Of a DNA stretch of 64,000 nt, positions 12,150 to 22,800 are shown in pieces (the stretch's first letter is position 1; the number at the start of each line of letters is the position of its first letter). The stretch is from Epiperipatus broadwayi. Its lineage: Eukaryota > Animalia > Onychophora. The notes under the pieces are model-generated. The model had not been told where the DNA came from and searched no databases. It saw only the letters and a program-made list of their open reading frames with translations. The stretch is taken from assembly GCA_028023455.1 (NCBI GenBank), contig JAQFVV010000010.1, positions 15,624,001 through 15,688,000 of the forward strand. The letters are read 5' to 3'. Made by a program: the position numbers and the translations under genes.

Positions 12150-13787
12150 ATGGCTGACTCAGGCGGAGAATCTTGGAGATCTCAAAGTTTTAGACAAAAA
12201 GTTATTGCTCAAATAGAAGAAGTTGTTCGTTTAGCTGGCAATCCTACGACGAAAACGAGCTTAGAAATGGAAAATCATGTGTTTCAAAAAGCTAAAACAA
12301 AAGAAGAATATCTTGGTTTAGTTGCTCGCCTTATTATTCACGTGAGAGAAATTAATTCAAAAAAAGATAAAGTTGGACAAATAGTTTCTAATCAAGGTCA
12401 AGGAACTTCAGTATCCGGAAGTAGTATTCCAGATCCTATTAATGCTTTACAAAATCTAGCTAGGCAGGGTCCTGTTAATGCTCAATTAAATACTGTAACT
12501 CAGCCAAATCAAGGTGGTCAAATTAATTCTGGATTAAGCATCGGTACTAATCAGCCAAAACGTGGTTGGGAAAGTTTGCATCCTCCAAATGCAGAATATT
12601 TGCCACGACCGTTAAAACATGGATCCGAACAAGCACCTAATCCAACGACAGCATTAGCTCAACAAAATCTTGCGAGATTGGACAACTCAGGAACTAGCCA
12701 TTCTGAACATTTTATATCTCAGCAACCTAGTAGTAATAATCAAATTTCAGGATCTCTTTCCAATACATCACAAAGTATGTCATCACCAGCACAATCAATA
12801 TCTCAAATGACTCCATCACCTGCAGCATATTTAGCGAGCCCATCATCTAATTTAGTACCCTCTCCTAGTAGTGTGTCTGTTCGAACACCAGCAGGTGCAC
12901 CTTCACCAGGTAGTGCTCTTAATACTCCCGGAAATTTAGCTTTGGTAAATACGAATGCAAGTCCTGCCAGTAGAAATCCAGCAGAAGATCAAGCATATTT
13001 AGAAAAATTGAAACAGTTGTCAAAATATCGTGAACCCTTAAGACGAATGATTGCTAGAATAGATAAAGATGAAGATCGGAAAAAAGATCTCAGTAAAATG
13101 AAAAATTTGTTAGATATTTTATCAGATTCATCCAAAAGATTGCGTATGGATACTCTTCTTAAATGCGAACAAGTTTTAGACAAATTGGATTTGAAAGAAA
13201 AACCTGGAGATCAATCTTCTGGTGGATCTCAATTAATCAATAAACATGAACATAATATTGGCCAGTCTCTGTTAGAGACAGTAGCTAATCACCTAAAAAT
13301 GCCCAATTTAAATCACACTTTACAAAGAACATTTGGTCCAGCTGTTACAGCATTACACGGCACTCCAGTATGTTCAGCAAGCCCTCCTCTTAAAAGACGA
13401 CGAAACGAAGATGATAGTGCAGATGTTTCACATGTCCTTCAGGGAGAAATTGCACGATTAGAACAGCGGTTCAGAGTAAATCTAGATCCTATTCATCACA
13501 ACAGTTCTCGAACTGTTCACCTTATTTGTAAGCTTGATGACCGGAATCTGCCTAGCGTGCCACCTATTAGCATTACGGTTCCTGAAAATTATCCAGAATC
13601 GTCTCCTCAGTGTGATACTAGTTGTGAAGAATATGATTCTACACCGTTTTTACAAGCAGTTCATAAAGCTCTTTCCTCACAATTAAATAAAATGCCTGAT
13701 AAATTTTCGGTAACTGCTTTATTAGATACTTGGGAAATGAGTGTGCGACAAGCTTGTTCCCCGACACCATCATCAACTACCCAGTGA
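12150..13787 (+). CDS. MED15: Mediator complex subunit 15, 545 aa, single coding exon
   Basis: N-terminal KIX domain (WRSQSFRQKVIAQIEE...MENHVFQKAKTKEEYLGLVARLIIH), the 'DPINALQNL' motif, and the conserved C-terminal half (YLEKLKQLSKY.EPLRRMI...KKDLSKMK.LLDIL; HTLQRTFGPA; LQGEIARL; CKLDD.NLP.VPP; SVTALLDTWEMSVRQAC). The ORF is uninterrupted. Confidence 0.97.
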   Translation: MADSGGESWRSQSFRQKVIAQIEEVVRLAGNPTTKTSLEMENHVFQKAKTKEEYLGLVARLIIHVREINSKKDKVGQIVSNQGQGTSVSGSSIPDPINALQNLARQGPVNAQLNTVTQPNQGGQINSGLSIGTNQPKRGWESLHPPNAEYLPRPLKHGSEQAPNPTTALAQQNLARLDNSGTSHSEHFISQQPSSNNQISGSLSNTSQSMSSPAQSISQMTPSPAAYLASPSSNLVPSPSSVSVRTPAGAPSPGSALNTPGNLALVNTNASPASRNPAEDQAYLEKLKQLSKYREPLRRMIARIDKDEDRKKDLSKMKNLLDILSDSSKRLRMDTLLKCEQVLDKLDLKEKPGDQSSGGSQLINKHEHNIGQSLLETVANHLKMPNLNHTLQRTFGPAVTALHGTPVCSASPPLKRRRNEDDSADVSHVLQGEIARLEQRFRVNLDPIHHNSSRTVHLICKLDDRNLPSVPPISITVPENYPESSPQCDTSCEEYDSTPFLQAVHKALSSQLNKMPDKFSVTALLDTWEMSVRQACSPTPSSTTQ

Positions 13788-14109
13788 TTATTAAATATTT
13801 ATCTCTTTTGTATTAGTTGCCATAGAGCTTTAATAATTATTTTATATTTAATAGATTAATGAAACTTTAGTCAGTTTAAAACTATTTAAATAGGTATATA
13901 GGTCCTATGTATTTTTTTAATTTATTAAATATTTGGGGGAAGGGGGGTTTGCATTTTAGAATTATAGTTTGATGTTTTATACTTTATGCCACTAAATATG
14001 TTTAAAAAAGAAGACATATAGTTCAATGATGTTCCAAGGCACATATTAGACACTAATGTCATGTCTTTATTACATAAAGAATGTGTTGCTTTGGTAAGAT
14101 TGGAATTAG

Positions 14110-14115
14110 AATAAA
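14110..14115 (+). terminator. Candidate polyadenylation signal for MED15
   Basis: AATAAA about 320 nt after the stop codon, followed by an A-rich tract. The AT-rich context makes chance matches common. Confidence 0.25.
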
Positions 14116-16238
14116 GAAGAAAAAAAAGTTAGCAAATTAACTACCAGGAAAGTTTGTACATAAACGAACAGTAACAGTTATGAAAGAAATGCAATTAAAA
14201 GAAAAACGACAGATGGAGAAGACATTATTGAATTGGTTATTAGATTAATAAGCAGATTTATGTCTTTAAATATTACATTATTTGAGTAGTGATAAAAGTT
14301 TGAATGAAAATTATAAGTAGACAATAAAACAATGTTTCTTTACTGGCCCATTGGAATTTGGTTGAAAATGGATGTGGAAAGAGGAGAAATATAAGAATGC
14401 TGAAGAAATAGAAAAAAAATGCTGAGAAAATCAAAAATGAATCAAATTACACATGTGCTCAGGTATAGAGGAATGATACAAAAATAAGAAACTAGTCATT
14501 TTATTGGAAATATGTAGCTAGGAGGTTGAAAGAAAAGCAAAGAATATAAAGACTTCAAAGATTATGTTCAGGCATAATGGAGACTTATTTATTGATAGAT
14601 GACTAACGATTATTTGTATGTAAAGGAAATTTCTATTTTATGTTTCCATTAGTTATTTTCAGCTGAAAAAATACAGTTGTGCAACAAATTTAAGTGACTT
14701 ATTTTTATATATCATTAAATTATAATTTATTAAAATTATAAAAAAAATTTTTTATATATATATATATGTACATACATTCAATTTAAAAAGTAATTTGATG
14801 TACATTTTTGTTTATTTCCTAAATTGAATGTAAATTGTTTTCTAATATTTAGTTTCTGTTCATACTTGTTAAAATTACTTGCAGGAAATCTGTTATTTTT
14901 TTAAATTTTATTAAATTGCAATTTTTTTTTTAAATTTTAAATTTATTTTAGCAATGAGTATATGGTAAGTAGATTTTTCTTTTAAATAAAAGTTTTAATT
15001 CACTAGTAATACCTGGTTCTGTAATATTTGCAAAATATTAAGATGATGCAAATCCACATTGATTTATTTTTTAAATTATCATTTAATTATTAATATTTAT
15101 ACATTCTTGACTTATGCATGAAATATACATTTTTGAAATAGTGTTAAATACAGATTTACTTTCTACATGGGCTGGCTAATCCCTCCTTTTTTTGAAGAGA
15201 AGAATATCAAAAATATATAAATAATGGGTTGAAAAAAAAAATGCTTGAGTTAGTTTTACATTTGATAATTTGTAATGTATGATATCTAAAAACTAAAAAT
15301 GAATGAATTAATATTACGATTTTTTAAAATAAAATACTAAGTAGCATAAAATAACTTCGGAAAAATAATAAAATATGAAAAATATAATATTCCAGAATAA
15401 AAAGGATTAAAAGTAAAATAAACATTATATGATAGCAGTTTTTGCTTTGATAATATATTAATTAAAGGAAATTTATAAATAATAGTCAATAGAAAGTAAA
15501 ATGTTATTTGTCATAAAAGGGAAGACTGTTGTGAGATCCACAATTTGCTATATTTAAACTCAAAAATGAACTATCTAAAATATTGTACATGAAACTATAA
15601 AATAGGGTATACATCTCATAAATTCATACTAGAGACTATGTCTAGGGAAGAATAGTTTTATAATTCAGAGAACTTTGATTCTTTAAATTTGGTTGGGGGG
15701 GGGGGGTACATCTATTGAAATTATTCATAACTGGATATGGAAAATATTTTAATATATTTAGCGATTAAAAATTTGTTCTTGCAAAGAACACTGAATTAAT
15801 CATTTTACAAACAGTATAGAAGGAAGTGATGTCCCTGTATATATAATTTCATTTAATGTGGTATAATTGCCAAAAATATAGAGAAATTTTGGAAATAGAA
15901 AATCACAGTTAAAATTAATTGATTAAAGTCATATGGTACAATTTATTGTATAAGATTATACAAAACATGATTATGAAATATAAAAGTAAATTCTGCAAAT
16001 TTGAACAAGAATAACTGAATCTTATAAAAAAAAAAATTAATAAAATGTGTCAATAAACTATTTAATTAGATTCACATCAAAATCAAAAATACCTTTTCAG
16101 CATTCAGAAGAAAAACAGCAGTTTGGAAAACAAACTTTATAGATTTGGACGAGCAGATTATGATATAAATAAAGTCCAATTGTGAGGCCAGCTTATTAGT
16201 CATTATTTCTAAAGACTCGTCTAGATATAACTTTGATA

Positions 16239-18083
16239 GGTAATACAGCATCAATTGATCCACGCCATAAGATGGCGCTGTTTCTACGCTAAAGCACATA
16301 AATATGCTGTTTACAAGGCCGCTCGTAGATCTTACGACCTGTAAACTGTTCAACCGCTAAGATGTTGAAGTGCACCCTTACCCCAACATCTCTAGTATGT
16401 TGAACATTATTAGCGACGAGTATGCAAGACTCTATAGCCATTACTCTTAACTATTGTACAGCATATGATGTGAAGGTTTCTGTCTTTTGAATGACGAAAA
16501 CTATATTATAACTTTTTTTTTGAGCTTCGATGTATTTTTTTTTATTTTCCTTGGTCAAAATTGTAACGATTTTCCAAACGCTCCTGGTTTCATTGTCAGG
16601 GCTCAGAATTCAGGAAATGAGGAGTGTTAGTCACAATTCGGCAAAGTTCACGATCCAGTCGCGCACTTTCCAAGACTTTTTTCGAGATCAAAACATTGCA
16701 ATGGCAGACGATTGTCCGGCATTTCGATTTGTAGATTTGCCTACTACAGAAGCAGATGTGGTACCCTTTCTTCAACAGAGAAATATTCTCACCCAGAAGA
16801 ACTGCCTTTGTGGTAGTGTAATGAAAGTAAGGCGTAGTAGACCCTGTCAAATGGAATGTAAATTGCGGCAATGTCGACGAAGGTGTTCCATTCGTCATGG
16901 AACATGGTTTGAGGGCTGCTGGATGTCTTTTTGGAAAGCGTTACGGCTAATATATTACTGGAGCCGGGATGAGCTCACAGTAAAGCGGATGGCAGCTGAA
17001 TTACAAATGTGTGAATGCAGTAAGGCATGATGTGACCATAGCTATTAGAGAACGTGTCGAGAAAGCCTTGTCTCCGGTCGCCGAATCAGTGGTCCCGGTA
17101 TGACTGGAAGTGGATGAGACTGTTCAGTCGGTGGAAAACAACCAAGGCAGATTCCTTCTGCAACAATGGATTTTCAGGGGTGTGTGTCATGAGACAGATG
17201 ATTGTTTTGTAGCGCCTGTAGCCTCCCGATCTGCCAACATCCTTACACAGTCCATCCGTGAGAACATCATGCCTTGTTCCACAATCTATTCTGATTGCTG
17301 GAAAGGATACACAACTTGTGCATTGGAGGCTTCCGGATATCACCACTCGACAATGAATCACAAATATAATTTTGTGGCCTGGCATGCATACCCAGAACAT
17401 TGAACGTTGTCTCAAGTGGCGATACAAGAGAACACGAGGCACAAGAAGAGAAGATGTTGACAATTATATAGCCGAATTTTTATGGAGACGTCAGAAAAAA
17501 AATCAAGACGTGTTCTGTGCCATCTTAGATGAAATGCATTTACTGTAGTACTTACCAAATTATCGATTTTTTGTTCTTGTTTGTTTTTAAAAGACATCCA
17601 AAATATGTAAAGACCCATCATTAATTTTGCAAAATATATCAATTAATTTTTGAGTTAATTGTTTTTATAAATAAAAACACGTTAAATGAACCCCCCAAAA
17701 TATATATATATATAAAAGTTGTTGTTTAAAAAAGCAGAAAAAGTAAAAAAAAAGTTCCTTTAAAAAAAAGACCGTAATCAAAAGCGAAAAAAAAAAAAGT
17801 TACTTTAAAAACAAAAAAAGACCGTAATTCAATTTTGTTAACCAACAAGTTTTTTTTTAAAAAAAAAAAAGGTTTTAAAAAACGTATTGACAAAAAAAAT
17901 TTAAAAATCAATTTATTTAAAAAAAAAAAGAAAATACGGTCCAAAAAAAAAAAAAATCCAAACCAAAAAACATGATAACATTACAAAATAATAATCAAAT
18001 CAGCCCGGTAACGTTATATCTATTCGTTTTTCACTAGTTAACAGCGCCATCTTATGGTGTGGATCAATCGATGCTGCATTACC
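16239..18083 (+). mobile_element. Merlin/ISXO2 DNA transposon with both TIRs and an 8-bp TSD
   Basis: 44-bp TIRs at 16239-16282 and 18040-18083 (GGTAAT[A/G]CAGCATC[A/G]ATTGATCCAC[G/A]CCATAAGATGGCGCTGTT, 3 mismatches). Flanks are CTTTGATA (16231-16238) and CTTTGATT (18084-18091). Confidence 0.93.
16701..17548 (+). pseudogene. Merlin (ISXO2/DDE_Tnp_IS1595) transposase, frameshifted
   Basis: N-terminal Cys-rich region (CLCG...CRRRCSIRHGTWFEG), then 'EVDET', 'IYSDCWKGY', 'NH..NFV', 'QNIER' and 'YIAEFLWRR' across three frames. The D-D-E residues are retained, but there are stops and frameshifts. Confidence 0.88.
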
Positions 18084-20279
18084 CTTTGATTCGGTTAAAA
18101 ACAAATAAGGAAAAGATGACTCGATCATCAGTTCATCTGATCCTGGTAAATAATCTACCATTGGTAAGCAATAATTTTCATTATGCTTCTCCATCAGCTA
18201 TGAATAAAAATATCCATGGTTAGGATAATTACTTGACAAAATCATTATTTAGGTTAAGAGTTTTTATCTGAAATGTGATTTTGGAAGTGAGTATGCAATC
18301 AGAAAAGTCTAATCAAACGCTCTTTGCCTATGTAAGCAATTATCCAATTATTTATTTTATGCTATAATAAGTGAATTCTGATTTGTTAACTTAGAAATGG
18401 GAGGAAACATATTACCATAGAAAGCTGATCAACCATCATATTCTGGATCTATAATGAAACAAGGAATGAATATATTTATATTATTAAAGTATTTTTGGTA
18501 ATAAATACTTCGACAAGTTCTTGCTCATTCTACCTAATAATCAGGATGAAGGCTTCATGTATTGAACGGAATGAGTGCTTCCCGTAGAAGAAATCATGAA
18601 AAAGTTCAAAAGCTTCAACTAAAATTCAATTTTAAAAACTAAAATGTATTCATATTCAACCTCACAAAATCAATCCAACAAGTTGCACATACAAACTTAA
18701 AAAAAAAATTCTCTAAACTATTTTGCTAAACATAAAAAAAGAAGAATGAACACTTCAAACTCATTTTTTATATGGAATTTCTGTTAACTTTCAATTTTTT
18801 TATCAACAGTTTGTTTTTATATAAGACAAATAATGAATTTGACTATCGCATTATTCGTTATTAAAAGAAGTTCAAACAATGCTAAAATGTAATTAATAGT
18901 TAAAGCTTAAGAATGTTAAAAACATTTAGAAAATAAAAATATTGATAAGATAGTTGCAGATTTTTCTAGATATATGTATACATTAGCTATTATGTAAAAA
19001 TTATTGCAGCAAGTAAAATAAAAGCATAAAAAAAAGATGTAGTGCGCTTCCGTTCCTAAAAAGTCATGCTAATAATATATCTGAATAATTAAATATAATA
19101 AAATGATTTTCATATACTAACCATAGTTAGAATACAAGTCAGTTATAGGGCTAGTACATACAATTATACTAAGTAAATGTGATTTAACAGGACAGGTAAG
19201 AATCATTAAATGGGAAGAAACAAATAGTTAAATGAGTGCTAATAATTACAAATTAAAAAATGCTTAACAGTGACAAGCTAATTAAATTAGTTAATAACTA
19301 AACAAATGTTATTGGCATTAAACAAAGAAAGATTATACAGATTGCATAATTAATCAAATACAGTGCACCTTTTATAAATTGTTTGATAATAAAGACTCAT
19401 ATATTTGCAGATAAATATTAAAATTATCATAATATAAATAAATTCATAATTAAAAATCTATTAAATTAAGATTATTTTGATGTTAACGAGAAAATAATAC
19501 ATTTTTAAATATCTAGTTTATTGTTTTTATATATTAGATTTAAAATAGAAGTTATCACATAACTTGTTCTGACTAACATCTAAAAAATCCATTTCATTCT
19601 AGGAAAAAAAAGACTTTGAGAAAAGTATTTAAGTTTTAAAATTCATATTTAATAGATTTTAGTTTAATATGTACAGGATTGATTGTCTCTTTATCTATAA
19701 AATTAGGAAAACATTTTAATTGACATAATGTGTAATTAAGTCAGTATTTTTTTCTATCTACAGGAAATCTGAATTTCATTTTTTAACGTGAAGGTCCGGA
19801 TTCGAAAGTATTTCCTCATTTATCAGTCTACAAGCATGGATACCACTGAAATGATCGAGTGAATGACTGAAAAAAATTTCATTATTCACTATGCTATGGA
19901 TGAGCATTATTTATTCAATATTTGGTCTGTTGCATCAAAGATATAAAATAACTTCACAAGAAGAATTATTTCCTTAAATTTATTTGTTTTAAGCTACAAA
20001 TGCATAAGTGTGTTAAAATGACATTGCAAGACAATTACAAAAGAAATAGAAACTTTTTTTGTGAATAATGTAAAATTAAGATTTAAAAAAAAGTATCAAT
20101 ATATATTAACATTTAAATTTGATTTGATTCAAAGTGTTTGTATTTTAAAATATTTTCATATATATTGCAATAAGACAAACATAATTACTAGATGAAATAG
20201 AGAAAGCATATTTCAAATAAAACAATTCATTTTTGGTATTCAGAATGGAAATCTACTTCCAAACATTTACTTTAATAAT

Positions 20280-20810
20280 TGTAATACATTGTACAGATTT
20301 AAACCTGCATTCATATATGTAATATATGCGGGATTCGAACTCAGACTTTCACACGACCCACTACTCTCAGTGCCATAAGCCTGTACAATGTATTAATTTA
20401 TATAAATAGTGTGTAAAAGGTCCATCCCTCGCATATGTATATATAAATGGATTATTCTGTTCATAAGGGGTTAGAATGACTAAAACGTCAACATGGGTAG
20501 GATGACAACCTTGGCACTAACATGAGCTTTGAACATTCCATCATCAGATTTTCAATGAAATGGAAGGCTGAAGAGTTATGGGTTGGAGTAGTTTGAAGCC
20601 TGTCCATTAAAGTATGAGGATTGGCTATCTTAATATAAAGCTGAGCACTGATTATATATATATGTGGAGATGGTAATCTGGACCAACTGACGAGTGCTGG
20701 TTTAGCATGAAATACATATATTGGTGATTATTTATCTTTTCAACATGTGTGTGATCAAGTGGGTCAGCAATATAAGATGGCACTGAGAGTAGTGAGTCAT
20801 GAAAGTTTAG
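20280..20810. mobile_element. Fold-back HHR-bearing repeat with a Pol III B-box-like segment
   Basis: Inverted arms at 20345-20376 and 20777-20806, plus a 14-bp inverted repeat at 20283-20296/20381-20394. GTTCGAATC lies on the minus strand at ~20332-20340. A related fragment is at ~49615-49730. Confidence 0.55.
20682..20725 (+). ncRNA. Type I hammerhead ribozyme, minimal form, intact core
   Basis: ACCAA-CTGACGA-GTGCT(GGTTT)AGCAT-GAAA-TACATA-TA|TTGGT. Stem I is 5 perfect bp, stem II is 5 bp (one G-U), stem III is the near-palindrome ATACATAT, and the AUA cleavage site is after 20720. Confidence 0.8.
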
Positions 20811-21824
20811 TAACCATATTAAATTAGTATTGTAATTATTAAAATACTTGTCATTAATTGACATGTACTATCTCCTCAAACTTGTAGTAGAGTACAATAT
20901 TTTTATTATTGAGTTATATGATTTTGAAAAATGATAGTTTATGATGGCTAAAATTAATCAATACATTTCATTAAAAAAAAATTAAGTAGTTAAATTTTAA
21001 ATAAAATTATTGAAATGCTTAATTATAAATGTCCACAAAATAGAGTATGTGTGCGTGTATGCTTACAATATTATATGTTGAATTAAAATGTTCCATTGAG
21101 AATTACTTTTATTAATAATTGCCTATTAAAATGATATTTTATAAAAAAAATATTGAACAAGGCATTGTGCAATCACAATGTCAATAGAGACAATGATTTA
21201 AATAATCTTAAATGTATTGATGAAGCAAATTAACTATACTGAAATATATAGATTCTGTAAATGATATTACTGAGAATATTTAGAAATGAAGAAATTATTA
21301 ATCTTAATGAAATCAAGCCAGCTGAACTATTGAAAGCTGTTGGATTTAGGTTTTGATATATAAAAAATATTAAATACAGGATGTCATGCTGGTAAAGCAC
21401 TTTAATTGGGAAAAGTTTATTATTAATAGTATTGTTACATAAGTTATTTAGATACATTGAGGACTTCATGACATTTGATATTTCAGACTTTTATCTTAAC
21501 AGCATCCTAATGTGATCAGTCGACTTCTATAATGTTAATATTTCTCCTATGTTAATATGTTATATACTTAGCCAACATTTAGGATAAAGTAGATACATCT
21601 TTGCTTCTTGTGCATAAAGTTAAATCACACATGATGCAGGTGAAATATTCAAACTAGTATTTATTTTTAATAAAAATCTTTTATAAATTTTTAATGATAC
21701 AAATTGTTGAATTTTATGATAAATCTAAATTTTGATATAATTTAGATTTTTTTTTTTAAATACTGATAGAAATATGATTATTACATCTTTTATTGGAGGA
21801 GTTGGTAAGATGATTAGTAGCTCA

Positions 21825-22200
21825 GATATCACATGATCACCATTCTTTATGCTTACACAAGCTGTTTTTCACAGAGGTAAAACTCTCCTTACAGTAGCAC
21901 CACTCAGTGCAAACCAGAGCATAAAAATCCCTCTCTAGTGCCTACTCATCCAATATTCCCAGACTTTTCTTGCTTGTGGCTTTCATCAGTGAGGAGCCTT
22001 GGATCTCATAGCATTGCACCTAGATTTTAGAATCTAATGCAATCCCTCCAGCAACCACCTTTACCTTTTTTTTAGCTATCTATAAAACTTTGAGTCCAAA
22101 ATAAAAACGCGATAATGTTTTCAAGCTAAGCTCATCAGCTTGTATTAATTACTCTGGCTTGCACTGAGTGGCGCTGCTGTATGAAAAGTTTTGCCTCTAT
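21825..22200. mobile_element. Fold-back HHR repeat family, copy 2; degenerate HHR on minus at 21955-21995
   Basis: A long minus-oriented copy (CTCCTCA-CTGATGA-AAGCCACAAGCAAGAAA---AGTC-TGGG) followed by a short plus-oriented duplicate of its 3' part (22150-22200). Confidence 0.75.
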
Positions 22201-22249
22201 GATTAATAGCTCTTAGGGATATCTCAAAATCCAAAATATTTAGTTGTAA

Positions 22250-22800
22250 GAATTTAGTAGTTTCATTTGAAGAATAAGCAACTGATATACATGTGCAAGA
22301 ACTAGTGATATATGGGATTTTATTGTTTTCTCATGCTATTAATTATTAAACTGTAACATTCATTATTTTGAAGTCTGAGTCAGTATTTTTTGTCCTTACA
22401 CTGTTTATCCCATCTCAAGCCATACTTTTTCTATTTATATATGCAATGGTATGCTTAACATTTGTTCAAATTCAAGATTTTGCACTGAGCTGAAATACAA
22501 GGTTATGATTATAGAAAGTAGAGTATTATAAAGTGACATTACTTCTTTTAGATGCAAAAATGCAGTGCCATCTAGATTTCTGGATTATCTAGAAAAGCTG
22601 AAATCATTAGTTTTTTGTCAAGATTGAATCAATTAACATTTGGAATATAACCATCATCAATTAACTCGATCTACTTTGCACATCAAGAGAAGATAATATA
22701 GTCTATGCATTTTTCTTGTTTGTAATTTTATTAATCCTGATCCTATCAATATGGCTAATCAATCACTTAAGGTAAATTACTCCAAACTTTTTTAGGCTAA
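22250..22800 (-). mobile_element. Degenerate LINE RT C-terminal fragment
   Basis: Minus-strand 'FGVIYLK*LISHIDRIRINK...' resembles the LINE 'LGV..D..L....HI..I..K' motif; very decayed. Confidence 0.4.

Larger units (their letters stand above)
16070..18230 (-). mobile_element. CR1/L2-type LINE RT fragment split by the Merlin insertion
   Basis: Removing 16239-18083 and one TSD rejoins 'FPYLFLTESK' and 'LYLDESLEIMTNKLASQLDFIY' in frame, resembling the LINE 'DSKL.FDEH...V.KA...LGFI' motif. Confidence 0.6.

Noticed and set aside
12150-13787. MED15 nested in an ADCK1 intron
   Set aside because: The ADCK1 stop codon is at 29131, ~15 kb away, so MED15 is outside the coding span. It is only convergent with ADCK1.
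20325-20380. tRNA gene
   Set aside because: Only a B-box and a weak A-box are present; no cloverleaf can be drawn.
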